Origin: Alphaproteobacteria bacterium
Lineage (GTDB): Bacteria; Pseudomonadota; Alphaproteobacteria; JAUXUR01
Length of the DNA: 64,000 nt
Assembly (NCBI GenBank): GCA_030680745.1
Contig: JAUXUR010000007.1
Span: 3,159-67,158 of the forward strand
Direction: 5' to 3'
Below are positions 30,922-41,342 of the stretch, one piece after another (the first letter of the stretch is position 1; every line of letters starts with the position of its first letter). The translations under genes and the position numbers were made by a program. The notes beneath the pieces were generated by a model. It searched no databases and was not told where the DNA came from. It saw only the letters and a program-made list of their open reading frames with translations.

Positions 30922-33528
30922 GTGTTGAGAAAATTTCTTTTTATTTCAATTGTTTCTTGTCTTTTTTTTAAACCCATTCATGTTTTTGCAGCTGATTATG
31001 ATGAAGATGATACAGAGATAATGATGAATGGTGAAAATCCATTTGCCGATACTAGATTTTGTGGTTTTGAAAAATTCAAAGAATGGTTCAGTCTTAAAGA
31101 TAACCAGCGAAAAAAAATTGACGAAAAAAACGAAAAAAAATTTAAAAATGTTTTAGCATTATATTTGAATTATAAATTTAAAAATGAGCCAACTTTTGAT
31201 GAAGCTTTGAGGCTTTCTGTAGAGGGATCTCAAAATGCATGTCCCAAATCGATGGAGTTATTAGGTACATTAAAAGTAGAACAAGGTGATAATGCGTCTG
31301 AAGAAGAAAAGCAAAAATATTATAACGATGCTTTTTCATGGTATGTTATTTCATTTTGGATGCAAATAATAAAAAAAGTTAAATTAAATCAGATAATAAA
31401 AATACCGACAACAATTGTTTCAAAATTAGAAAACCTTGTTAAAAAGTCATGTTTTTGTAAAAAACGTATTCTTTGTTTTGAATATATAAAAAATTTTGAG
31501 GAAAAAAACCTTGGTAGTGTTTTGTTTTCTTTAGAAAGCATATCTAGCGCGTTCTTTGATACACGTTTTTTCAGTGTTGCTTATTATATAGGGACTTCTT
31601 TTTTGCATGCTTTTCCATGTGATCGTAAATTAACAATATTTACGATTAATTTATTAAACTGGAAGTTGTATTTAAGTGATAAAAGATTAAAAAGTAAAAG
31701 CGAAGAACTTATAAATCTTCTTGCTGCTCTTTTTTATAAAAATAAATTTTTGCATGAAAGTGCATATTGTTGGCGTAATCCTATTGAGCAAAATCATATT
31801 TCTTTATTAGCAAAATTAATTCTAAATGGGTTAAGAAATTCAGATCAGAAGGGAATAAAATTTAAAGAAATTGATAGAAACAAAATAGGATCAAGACTGT
31901 TTTGGAGCGTAAAATCATATAATAACAATGATAATAATAAATTCATGGTAAGTTCTATTCAAAATGGTGATATTAAATTTGATTCAAATGGAAAAAATAT
32001 AACAGAAAAAAATAAATATATTATTTTATCAGATTTGTACAGAGAGTTAAATACGCCAGAGTCATTGCATGAAATAGGTATGTGTATTTTAAAGGATAAG
32101 CTTTTATATTTAAACAATAAACTCATTCTGCCTGATGAAAAATATGAAAGCGCTGCAAATTTCTTTAGAAAATCATTATCTCACTCAATGTCTTCATGTA
32201 TCCTTGGGTTGCTAATTCAAAATGGTTTAGTTAAAAAAGATTTAAATGGTTTAGAGTTTTTAGAAGAACAACGATATGAAATAGCAGCAGATTTGTTTAG
32301 GCAATCAACATCAATACCTCAGTCTTTGTTTAGTCTTGGTCATTTGATTGAAAGGGGTGAAATTAAGAAGGATTTATATAACCAGGACATATCTGATGGA
32401 CAGCAATATGTAATTGCCGCAGATTTATTTAGGCAGTCAAGATCAGAGTCTATGTCCTTATTTTATCTTGGGTACTTAATTGAAGATGGCAAAGTTGATC
32501 AAGATTTAGATAACAATAATATTCCAGAAGGGAAACGAAATGAAATTGCTGCAAGTTTATATAGAAAATCAAAAACAAGCTCTGCATTAAACAGGTTAGC
32601 ATGTTTAATTTTTTGTAAGAAAACATCTGAAGATTTAGATGGAAATCTAATTATTTCGGATTCTCAACGTAATGAAATTGCACTTAAATTATTTTTGGAT
32701 TCAGATTCCGGTGATGCTTATTACAATCTTGCTATTGTTAAGCTTCTTTCACCATCAGGCGAATCACTTGAGGTTAAGAAAGAGGCTTTAACATTTTTAA
32801 TGAAAGCGGCGTTGGAGGGTATTGAAAATGCAGCTTCTTATTATGAAATTTTAAAAAATGAAATAGAAGAAGAACAAAATACTTTTGGTATATCTGATCA
32901 ATCCGTGTCGGAAATAAAAAAAGAAGATTCTATTTTAGATAATATGAGTGAAAATGAACGTCTACAAAATGAAGAAATAAACTTAGCTAATAATGATAGT
33001 GTTGATGATACTTATGAAGTTAATAGTGATTGTGATATTGTTAAATCATCTAATGTTATAGAGAACGCTGACGTAAAAGAAAAAATTGCTTTATCAACAG
33101 ATGAATCGTCTGAAGAATTAAGTATATTGAAACGAAAGGAACTTAAAGCGCTTAAAAAGAAGCAGCGTGAACAAAAGAAAAAAGATCTAGGTAATAAGTT
33201 TAAAAAACTTCTCCGCGGGAAGCTTTCAGAGCAAGAAAAAACTTCTTTTATCTCAAAACAAAAAATGAATATTGGTAACAAAGATATAAAAGTTACGTTC
33301 GATAAAAATGCGCAAAAGGAATGGATAGCTCTTGATGTTTTTAAACGAGATAAAGTATCCGAGCTCATCGCAGATATTAAAATAGGTGGAAAACGTGGAA
33401 AGCCTGAACAATTGGTAAATTCTGATGCATTTTCTAGACGGATTACAGGTAAACATAGGCTTATTTATCAAATAGAAAACAATGATAATATTAAAATTCT
33501 ATCTTGCCAAGGACATTATGACGATTAA
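30922..33528 (+). CDS. Secreted Sel1/TPR-like repeat protein with a C-terminal YoeB/Txe-family RNase toxin domain
   Basis: Signal peptide MLRKFLFISIVSCLFFKPIHVFA. Five or more ~36-aa repeats (EIAADLFRQS...LGHLIERGEIKKDLYN). K/R-rich linker. The last ~85 aa (KVTFDKNAQKEWIALDVFKRD...GGKRGKPEQL...FSRRITGKHRLIYQIENNDNIKILSCQGHYDD) align with E. coli YoeB, including Glu46, Arg65 and His83-Tyr84. Confidence 0.8.
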   Translation: MLRKFLFISIVSCLFFKPIHVFAADYDEDDTEIMMNGENPFADTRFCGFEKFKEWFSLKDNQRKKIDEKNEKKFKNVLALYLNYKFKNEPTFDEALRLSVEGSQNACPKSMELLGTLKVEQGDNASEEEKQKYYNDAFSWYVISFWMQIIKKVKLNQIIKIPTTIVSKLENLVKKSCFCKKRILCFEYIKNFEEKNLGSVLFSLESISSAFFDTRFFSVAYYIGTSFLHAFPCDRKLTIFTINLLNWKLYLSDKRLKSKSEELINLLAALFYKNKFLHESAYCWRNPIEQNHISLLAKLILNGLRNSDQKGIKFKEIDRNKIGSRLFWSVKSYNNNDNNKFMVSSIQNGDIKFDSNGKNITEKNKYIILSDLYRELNTPESLHEIGMCILKDKLLYLNNKLILPDEKYESAANFFRKSLSHSMSSCILGLLIQNGLVKKDLNGLEFLEEQRYEIAADLFRQSTSIPQSLFSLGHLIERGEIKKDLYNQDISDGQQYVIAADLFRQSRSESMSLFYLGYLIEDGKVDQDLDNNNIPEGKRNEIAASLYRKSKTSSALNRLACLIFCKKTSEDLDGNLIISDSQRNEIALKLFLDSDSGDAYYNLAIVKLLSPSGESLEVKKEALTFLMKAALEGIENAASYYEILKNEIEEEQNTFGISDQSVSEIKKEDSILDNMSENERLQNEEINLANNDSVDDTYEVNSDCDIVKSSNVIENADVKEKIALSTDESSEELSILKRKELKALKKKQREQKKKDLGNKFKKLLRGKLSEQEKTSFISKQKMNIGNKDIKVTFDKNAQKEWIALDVFKRDKVSELIADIKIGGKRGKPEQLVNSDAFSRRITGKHRLIYQIENNDNIKILSCQGHYDD

Positions 33529-33610
33529 TATTTAAAATAAGATCATTGTTGAATTTTTTATTTTACATTTGTCTTTAAGATTTATTATTCAATTAACTTG
33601 TTTATTATAT

Positions 33611-34072
33611 TTACAAATTATAGATTTTCTCTGCATTTTTGTAGAATATTTTATGTTGTTCTTCTTCTGTAAAAACATTAAGTATTGTTTTAAATTTATC
33701 TACCAATTCATTGAAATTATAAAACAAACTATCAGGTGAAAAATTGCTACCAAACATACAACGATCGTGACCAAAGAATTTAATTGCTGAAACGATATAG
33801 GAAGTTAGAATACTCAATTCAGCTTGTTTTTGTAACCACTGGGTTTCTAATATAGGATTTCCTTGAAAGCCGAAGGCTTCTACATGTACTGATTTAGTAA
33901 TTTTTTGTTGTTGTATAAGTTTGGAGTAATCATTTCCTAGAAAATTTTTTTTCAGCTTATTATAATTACCACCCAAATATTCAAGAGTAGGTAGATTTGT
34001 TGTAAGCCATGGATAGTTGTTTTTTAAATCCCATAAATGCATATGGGTATCGATGATTTCGCCTTTATACAT
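33611..34072 (-). CDS. Amidohydrolase-2 family (TIM-barrel metal hydrolase) protein, unusually short (153 aa)
   Basis: N-terminal IIDTHMHLWD and C-terminal CMFGSNFSPD motifs, but total length is about half that of typical family members. Confidence 0.5.
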   Translation of the reverse strand: MYKGEIIDTHMHLWDLKNNYPWLTTNLPTLEYLGGNYNKLKKNFLGNDYSKLIQQQKITKSVHVEAFGFQGNPILETQWLQKQAELSILTSYIVSAIKFFGHDRCMFGSNFSPDSLFYNFNELVDKFKTILNVFTEEEQHKIFYKNAEKIYNL

Positions 34073-34362
34073 TTTAAAAATTTCCCTTAGTATTTTAACT
34101 TTTTAGAAGTTAAGTTTATAACTCAAAAAAATATATTTATTCAACTTATTGTTTAGATGTAATCGAAATGTATCATTTGTGTCATTATTAACTTAGTGTA
34201 CAAGATATAAAATCGATGTATTGTATAATAACAAAAATGCATATAAATATGAATATGGAAAGAAAATAAGCTATTTGGGTGCAAAATGTTTAATCTTAAG
34301 TTAAACAAGGTGTTCTACCTATAAATCTTCATGCTGAAAATCAATCACAATCGGGGTATCAA

Positions 34363-34920
34363 ATGAGTTTTGATTTTAAAAAACAAACAGATGATATGGA
34401 AACACAAGAAGCAATTTTTGCAATGGGCTGTTTTTGGTGTGGAGCAACTGCTTTTGAGGATCATGATACTCACAAAAAATCGCCTGGCATCATCGATGTA
34501 AAATCAGGATATACAGGCGGCACATCAACAAATCCAACATATGAATCGCATACAGGACATCTTGAGGCAGTTAAGATAGTGTTTGATCCTGCTATAATGC
34601 CTTATGAAAAATTATTGGATATCTTTTGGCATAATATTGACCCTTTTGATGATCATGGACAATTTTGCGACAAAGGATTTCCTTATAAAGCGGCTATTTT
34701 TTTTAAAAATGAAGAACAAGAGGAAAAAGCTAAAAGATCCATAAAAGAAGTTGAAAAAAAATTAGGTAAAAACGTTGTAACGTCAATTATACCTGCGTCC
34801 ATTTTTTATAACGCCGAAGAATATCATCAAGAATATCACCTAAAAAATCCTGTTCGTTATAAATTTTATCGCTGGAATTGTGGGCGGGATAAAAGGTTGA
34901 ATATTATTTGGGGGCCTTAA
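34363..34920 (+). CDS. msrA: Peptide methionine sulfoxide reductase A
   Basis: AIFAMGCFWCGATAFE, GYTGG, PTYE. Confidence 0.9.
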   Translation: MSFDFKKQTDDMETQEAIFAMGCFWCGATAFEDHDTHKKSPGIIDVKSGYTGGTSTNPTYESHTGHLEAVKIVFDPAIMPYEKLLDIFWHNIDPFDDHGQFCDKGFPYKAAIFFKNEEQEEKAKRSIKEVEKKLGKNVVTSIIPASIFYNAEEYHQEYHLKNPVRYKFYRWNCGRDKRLNIIWGP

Positions 34921-34924
34921 TGTA

Positions 34925-35100
34925 GTTCTCAGAAGATAAAAGAAGAAGAGGCGCTACCAAGCGCCCCCCCTTCCGTATAAAAAGAGAAATAAAAAGCGAA
35001 TAACAGAGGTCAGGCGTCAGAAAAATAACGGCGATGGCGAACTTCAGACACATCTTCTAACGCCTGACCTCTGACATTCGCTTGCTCACAATTATTGCAG
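34925..35100. repeat. Palindromic intergenic element
   Basis: gaggtcaggcgtcagaaaa pairs with ctaacgcctgacctctg; GC-rich relative to its surroundings. Confidence 0.55.
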
Positions 35101-35104
35101 CTTC

Positions 35105-35311
35105 TTAACATCCTTTAAAGCATTTAAAAAGCATTGCAATACCATAGACGGCTGCCAATCCTACAACGATATAAACGATTTTGGTAGCAACAGCACCGAT
35201 GCCGAATATATATTCAACTATGTTAAAGTTGAACACACCAACCAAGCCCCAGTTTAGTGCACCAATAATCATAATAATCATGGCCAGCCAATCAAGAAAA
35301 TTGAATTTTCC
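35105..35311 (-). CDS. DUF378 family small membrane protein
   Basis: MGKFNFLDWLAMIIMIIGALNWGLVG; GGAGG RBS before the MGKF start. Confidence 0.7.
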   Translation of the reverse strand, partial: GKFNFLDWLAMIIMIIGALNWGLVGVFNFNIVEYIFGIGAVATKIVYIVVGLAAVYGIAMLFKCFKGC

Positions 35312-35691
35312 CATTTGAACCTCCATAAAAAGAATGTATTTCCTATACAAGATATATCATATTTATTATAAAATTTCAATTTATTATTAAAAATAAGCAT
35401 AGATTTCAATTAAAAAATTTACATTTGGTCAAAATAGAGTTTTAATTTATTGCGGTAAAAAAGATAATAATGTAAAATTACCATCCTTAATTTTATTAAA
35501 AGTGATGGCTTTTTCAGGGTTCATTAATATTTGGAATGATGTCATTCATTATATATTTTTAATATGTTCAAAATCCTGTCTAAAATTAAAAAAATATCCA
35601 TCATAAATGAGATTTATATCCACTTTCTTTCTGGTAAGACTTGCATCAACTAATGATAAAAGTTATAAATAATAAGAAAGAGGGGGCCTCC

Positions 35692-36555
35692 ATGATTTTA
35701 CAATGTCCGGCTTGTAGTACGCAATATAGATTAAAACAAAATAATATCAGCGATGAGGGAAGACGCGTTAAATGCGCGAAGTGCCAGCATTCCTGGATTG
35801 CTTCACAAAATGATCTTATTGATGATTCTCAGCAGCTCGCTCTTGATGAAAAGATTGCCGTTGGCGCAAGAGCCGTTTCAAGATCTGTGCCAAAAGAATC
35901 AATTCCTGAACCTCACGTTTCAAAAAATATTTATGCTGTTCCAAATGATGAAGATAATGCCCCAAATTTAAACACCTCTTCGCCCGAAGTTAAACTTCAA
36001 TTGCATGCTGCTCCTTCGCAATCCCCTCAAGATAGTGATGTTTTTACCAGAAGCAAACCAACTATTGTTCATCCAAGAGAGGCTGTACCACGTTTTGCAG
36101 CTACAAGTGATAAAACTAAAAAACCACTTTGGCCAGTTCTTTTGATTGTTTCTTTGATTTTGATTCTTTTTATTACAAGTTTATTATTAATGCGCAAATC
36201 TATTGTGAAGACCTGGGAGGGGTCAGCGCGTTTTTATGAATTGATAGGCTTGCCTGTACCTAAGATTGGAGAAGGGCTTAAATTTGAAAATCTTAAAACT
36301 TCTTTTGATCGCAATCCCGAAGGTGGAAAATTTATGCTTCTTGAAGGAGAGATAAAAAATACTTCAAATGATGAGAAAGTTATTCCTTCAATTAAAGTCG
36401 TGCCATATAAAAGAGATGATAAGATTTTAACATCTGCTAAAATCAAGGTAAATGCAGAGAAATTAAATCCAGGCGAATCGACTAGCTTTAGAACACAATT
36501 ACCCCCAGATACACGCCTTAATGCACGGGATGAGTTGCGTTTTTATGAAGATTAG
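35692..36555 (+). CDS. MJ0042-type zinc-ribbon / DUF3426 membrane-associated protein
   Basis: MILQCPACSTQYRL...VKCAKCQHSW, then a TM helix and a C-terminal domain. Confidence 0.7.
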   Translation: MILQCPACSTQYRLKQNNISDEGRRVKCAKCQHSWIASQNDLIDDSQQLALDEKIAVGARAVSRSVPKESIPEPHVSKNIYAVPNDEDNAPNLNTSSPEVKLQLHAAPSQSPQDSDVFTRSKPTIVHPREAVPRFAATSDKTKKPLWPVLLIVSLILILFITSLLLMRKSIVKTWEGSARFYELIGLPVPKIGEGLKFENLKTSFDRNPEGGKFMLLEGEIKNTSNDEKVIPSIKVVPYKRDDKILTSAKIKVNAEKLNPGESTSFRTQLPPDTRLNARDELRFYED

Positions 36556-36698
36556 TATTTCTAATCTATCAGGCAAACACTATTTAAGATCCTGAATCCG
36601 TGCTCGTTGCGTAGCTTCAACGAGTTCGGGAAAACAGTGGCGCGAGAATCAAACAGAAAGTATGAAATTAAAAACTATCCCGTAAATCTCAAATTGAT

Positions 36699-38075
36699 TC
36701 ACTTCGACAAATCATGCACATTTTTCTTAAACGCGTCACCGCGTACTTCAAAACTTGGATATTGATCCCAAGACGCGCAAGCTGGCGACAACAATATAGT
36801 TGCATTTGGTAATTGATCTCGTTTTGCTTGTTCGTAAGCAGCTAAAACAGCTTTTTCTAGAATCTCGCAATGTGTATAAGGCACCCTTCCCTTCAATTCT
36901 TCAGCAAATTCAGGTGCTGCCTTACCAATCAAAAAGGCATGCTTAATTTTAGAAAAATATGGAATGGTTGCTGTTAAACCATCTTGTTTAGGAAGCCCAC
37001 CTAAAATCCAATAAATATTATCAAAGCATACGAGTGCCTTGGCAGCAGCCTCACCATTGGTTGCTTTACTATCATTAATAAACTGAATATTGTTCGTCGA
37101 CGCGACATATTCTTGGCGATGAACAAGCCCCGGGAAAGTTCTTAATCCATCAATAATTTGTGCATCAGAAATACCAAGAACATGACACGCAATATAAGCT
37201 GCAGCAGCATTTTGCCAATTATGCTGACCCTTTAAACGTGGTAAATCTTTCAGATCAAGAATTGTTCTTATTTGTTTTGACGTACCATCAAATAAAACGC
37301 CATTTTGAGTATAATAAGCCCCGGGAATTACACGCTCAATAGCGATTTTAATGATTTTTTGTTTATTTTTTTCTTCCAATTCACGGGCGATTGCATTACA
37401 AGAAGGTGAATCTATCCCAATGACAGCAAAATCATCGGACGTTTGATGCTGGAAGATTTTTTTCTTCGTTTGAACATAATTTTCAAAATTACCATGACGG
37501 TCTAAATGGTCAGGTGTGATATTAAGCAAAATAGCAACTTTGAACTTTAATTGAGGATTAATATCTAACTGATATGAAGAAACCTCCAAGACACCAATAC
37601 CATTTTCAGAGATTGAGTCTAATTCTAAAACGGGTGTACCAATATTTCCACCAACCGTCACTTCACGTTGGGCTTGTTTCAAAATATGACCAAGAAGTGA
37701 AGTTGTTGTTGATTTACCATTCGTGCCCGTAATACCTATAAAATTAACATGCTGGTGTGCTTTATAGAAAAGATCTAAATCTCCCGTCAAAGGAATATTT
37801 AATTCTTTCGCAAGCGCAATTACTGCATGTGGTTTGGGATACGTTAATGAAACGCCTGGTGATACAACAAGCATATCCAATGTACTTAACACAATAGCAT
37901 CAAAGGGTTTTATAGTAACACCTTGATTTTCAGCACTTTTACGACCTTCTTGAGCATCATCCCATGCAATGACTTGCGCACCATTTTTTTGTAAGGCAAG
38001 CGCCGTTGCAAGCCCTGATTTACCAAGGCCCAAGACGCCAAATTTTTTACCGCTGAAAAGTGATAGATTAAGCAT
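36699..38075 (-). CDS. murD: UDP-N-acetylmuramoylalanine--D-glutamate ligase
   Basis: GLGKSGLATALAL, GITGTNGKSTTTSL; start MLNLSLF sits 2 nt after the mraY stop. Confidence 0.92.
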   Translation of the reverse strand: MLNLSLFSGKKFGVLGLGKSGLATALALQKNGAQVIAWDDAQEGRKSAENQGVTIKPFDAIVLSTLDMLVVSPGVSLTYPKPHAVIALAKELNIPLTGDLDLFYKAHQHVNFIGITGTNGKSTTTSLLGHILKQAQREVTVGGNIGTPVLELDSISENGIGVLEVSSYQLDINPQLKFKVAILLNITPDHLDRHGNFENYVQTKKKIFQHQTSDDFAVIGIDSPSCNAIARELEEKNKQKIIKIAIERVIPGAYYTQNGVLFDGTSKQIRTILDLKDLPRLKGQHNWQNAAAAYIACHVLGISDAQIIDGLRTFPGLVHRQEYVASTNNIQFINDSKATNGEAAAKALVCFDNIYWILGGLPKQDGLTATIPYFSKIKHAFLIGKAAPEFAEELKGRVPYTHCEILEKAVLAAYEQAKRDQLPNATILLSPACASWDQYPSFEVRGDAFKKNVHDLSK

Positions 38076-38077
38076 GA

Positions 38078-39166
38078 TTACCTTAACTTTAAAGTTGAAA
38101 GACCTATAAGCGCTAATATTGTTGCAATAATCCAAAAGCGAATAACAACAGTAGGTTCAGCCCATCCTTTTTTTTCAAAATGGTGATGGAGCGGCGCCAT
38201 ACGAAAAACACGTTTACCTGTTGTTTTAAAGGATATAACTTGTACGATCACTGATACCGTTTCAACAAGAAAAAGACCACCAATAATCATCAAGACAATT
38301 TCATGCTTCGTAATGACGCTGATTGTACCCAAAGCACCACCTGCCGCAAGAGATCCCGTATCACCCATAAACACCATTGCAGGCGGCGCATTGAACCATA
38401 AAAAACCAAGCCCCGCCCCTATCATAGCGCCACAAAATACAGTGATTTCACCACACCCACTTACATAATGAAGTTGTAAATAATTGGCAAAAACCGCATT
38501 ACCCACAAGATACGAAATAAGCGCAAAACAAGTGCATGCAATCATAATCGGTACAATCGCAAGACCATCCAAACCATCTGTTAAATTAACAGAATTAGAT
38601 GTTCCAACGATAACAAAACAGGCAAAAGGAACAAAAAAATAACCCAAATCAATAAGCATTGATTTAAAAAACGGAATGGTGAGCATCGTTCCAAGGTTTT
38701 CTGTTGAGTTTATAAGTATGAAATAACCTGCAATCGCTGCAATTATAAACTCAATAAATAACTTAATTTTTCCTGAAAATCCCTTTGAGTTTTTTTTTGT
38801 AAGCTTCAGATAATCATCTATAAATCCAATAAATCCAAAAGAAAGGGTCACTAGCATCACAATCCAAATATAAGGATTGGTAAGGTCAGACCACAAAAAA
38901 GTACTTATCAATAAAGCTGTCAAAATAAGAAGGCCGCCCATTGTAGGCGTCCCTTTTTTTGTTAGAAGATGCGTTTCAGGACCATCATCCCGAATAGGTT
39001 GGCCCTCTTTTTGTTTAGTTTTAAGCCAATTAATAATTTTTGGTCCCAAAATAAAGCTTAAAATTAATGCGGTAAGAATGGCACCACCAGTTCTAAACGT
39101 CAAATAACGAAAAAGGTTCAAAGGCCCAAAAGAATCAGCAAGCGGGGTAAGCAGGTTATAAAGCAT
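38078..39166 (-). CDS. mraY: Phospho-N-acetylmuramoyl-pentapeptide transferase
   Basis: 362 aa, 10 TM; motifs DDYLK...[15 protein letters not shown]. Confidence 0.95.
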   Translation of the reverse strand: MLYNLLTPLADSFGPLNLFRYLTFRTGGAILTALILSFILGPKIINWLKTKQKEGQPIRDDGPETHLLTKKGTPTMGGLLILTALLISTFLWSDLTNPYIWIVMLVTLSFGFIGFIDDYLKLTKKNSKGFSGKIKLFIEFIIAAIAGYFILINSTENLGTMLTIPFFKSMLIDLGYFFVPFACFVIVGTSNSVNLTDGLDGLAIVPIMIACTCFALISYLVGNAVFANYLQLHYVSGCGEITVFCGAMIGAGLGFLWFNAPPAMVFMGDTGSLAAGGALGTISVITKHEIVLMIIGGLFLVETVSVIVQVISFKTTGKRVFRMAPLHHHFEKKGWAEPTVVIRFWIIATILALIGLSTLKLR

Positions 39167-39403
39167 AAATAGACAAGGCCTCTACACAGAAAATCTAGAT
39201 TATTAACTGATATGATAATACGTTGATCAACAGATTCTGAAAAGAGTAAATACCGCATTAATCTAAAAAATATAATTGCTCTGCACATTTAAAATCAATC
39301 TCACATTATCATTTTTTTTGCTCGTGTTAAATCATGTCATTTAATCATTTTTTAACCCTAATAGATTTACGCTGAAATTATAGAATAACTAAGGAGACTA
39401 AAA

Positions 39404-40543
39404 ATGCTCCATATTCGTATCAAGCCGGGTGTAAGATTGTCGGAACAACCTGAAATTGGACATAATAGGTGGCACTCCGATATCCCATTTTTAGCCTCCC
39501 TCATGCCAGGCGATGAAGCTATTATTGAAAGTTTAGATTTTTTAGATGCACAGATTAAAAATGATGATGATGTGAGCGATATTCGAAACATTGATTTAAC
39601 ATTAGCCCATCCTTTAACAGGTCCTTTCGAAATAATAGGGGCAGCACCTGGTGATTTACTTGTCGTTGATATTATAGATATAAATCCTATTACACCTATT
39701 GGTTTTTCAGGCAATTTTTCAAAAGACAATGGTGGCGGATTCTTAGTCGATTATTTTCCAGATCCACATAAGGCAATTTGGGATTTAAAAGGTCTTTTTG
39801 CAACTTCTCGGCATATTCCAGGCATAAAACTTACAGGATTAGTTCATCCTGGATTAATTGGCTGCTTGCCATCATATGAATTACTGACGGAATGGAACAA
39901 ACGTGAAGCTCCACTTGTGGCACAAGGTCTTGCCAAACCACCCTGCCCTGAAACTGCAGTATTGCGTGGGCTAAAAGGAAATAAATTTGATCAAATGGCC
40001 AAAGAAGCCTGTCGAACAATTCCAGCACGTGAACATGGCGGCAATATGGACATTAAAGATATTTCGCGCGGTAGTCGTATCTTTTTCCCCGTCTATCAAA
40101 AGGGCGCAGGACTATCCATGGGCGATCTACATTTTAGTCAAGGCGATGGTGAAATCGCTTTTTGCGGCGCTATTGAAATGGATGGTGCAATGCACATTGG
40201 TGTTGATCTCATCAAAGGCGGCATGGCCAAATATTCGATTAATGCACCTGTTTTTATTCCAAGCAAAATTAAACCGCATTATGAAAATTATATAAGTTTT
40301 CAAGGCATATCTGTCGAAAACGGTGTCAATTACTATATGGATGCAACTGTTGCATATCGCCAAGCTTGTCTTAAAGCTATTGATTATTTAGAACATTTTG
40401 GCTATACGCGCGCGCAAGCCTATCTTATTTTAACAGCAGCACCCATTGAAGGACGTATAGGTGGCATTGTTGATATCCCCAATTGTGTTTGCTCACTTTC
40501 AATACCGACAGGGATATTTGATCAAGACATTCTTCCGAAATAA
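39404..40543 (+). CDS. fmdA: Acetamidase/formamidase family protein
   Basis: 379 aa FmdA_AmdA-type sequence, followed by an fmdB zinc-ribbon gene. Confidence 0.8.
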   Translation: MLHIRIKPGVRLSEQPEIGHNRWHSDIPFLASLMPGDEAIIESLDFLDAQIKNDDDVSDIRNIDLTLAHPLTGPFEIIGAAPGDLLVVDIIDINPITPIGFSGNFSKDNGGGFLVDYFPDPHKAIWDLKGLFATSRHIPGIKLTGLVHPGLIGCLPSYELLTEWNKREAPLVAQGLAKPPCPETAVLRGLKGNKFDQMAKEACRTIPAREHGGNMDIKDISRGSRIFFPVYQKGAGLSMGDLHFSQGDGEIAFCGAIEMDGAMHIGVDLIKGGMAKYSINAPVFIPSKIKPHYENYISFQGISVENGVNYYMDATVAYRQACLKAIDYLEHFGYTRAQAYLILTAAPIEGRIGGIVDIPNCVCSLSIPTGIFDQDILPK

Positions 40544-40574
40544 TTATAGTGTTTCATTATCAAGGGAGTGAAAA

Positions 40575-40844
40575 ATGCCATTTTACGATTATCAATGCAC
40601 CCAATGCGGGATCATAAAAGAAGAATTACGCTCGATAAGTGCGCGCGATGATTTGAAAGATTGTTCAAAATGTCAAAAAAAATCTATGATTCCAATTGTT
40701 TCAGGGCATTCATTAATTCAATCAAAAGAAGCTTATATGCCTAGATCAACTATTGAAAAATTAACTGGTTCTAACGCGAAAGGACCTGGTCTGTCTCAAA
40801 AAAATAAAATTCCTTTTTTATCAAGCTGCAAGCATCGTCATTAA
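40575..40844 (+). CDS. fmdB: FmdB-family zinc-ribbon regulatory protein
   Basis: MPFYDYQCTQCG...CSKCQ. Confidence 0.7.
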   Translation: MPFYDYQCTQCGIIKEELRSISARDDLKDCSKCQKKSMIPIVSGHSLIQSKEAYMPRSTIEKLTGSNAKGPGLSQKNKIPFLSSCKHRH

Positions 40845-40852
40845 ACCTTTTT

Positions 40853-41102
40853 TGTTAGAAATTTGCCCACAAACCTTTGTTTTCCTGAACGCTTTGAAGC
40901 GAAGCAACGAATGCAGATCAGGATCCATAACGAAATACATGCTCGAAGAGCATGGCAAAATTATTAAATAACGTCATGATCTACGATCATGATTCTTAAT
41001 TGAACCCTGAATCCGTCCTCGAAGCTTTGCTTCTCGCTTGTTCAGGAAACGGCTGGATGTTTGGCGGGTTTTACCAAAGTTATTTTTTGTCCCGTAGATT
41101 GA
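40853..41102. repeat. MITE-like repeat (copy 1; the left terminal inverted repeat is missing, and the element abuts the fmdB stop)
   Basis: About 90% identical to 53010-53261. The right terminal inverted repeat ttgtcccgtagatt is present. Confidence 0.85.
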
Positions 41103-41342
41103 TGTCAAATAGACTATGACTTCCGTTTCTGCATTCTTCCATAGCAATAACGTACTAAAGTCTTCGCCTGAAGACGAAGGTTTTAACGCGCCTAGATAAG
41201 AAACAATAAAAAAAGCGACATATGATGACTATATTTGAATAAATTTACTTTAAAACAATAAAAATTGCATTTTTGTTGACAAAATTTTGTTTTACAGTTA
41301 GTTTAAAATAAATATAATATTTTTATTAATTAAGAGACAAAT

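Noticed and set aside
39367-39729. 120-aa minus-strand ORF
   Set aside because: It is antisense to the well-supported formamidase gene and has low-complexity composition.
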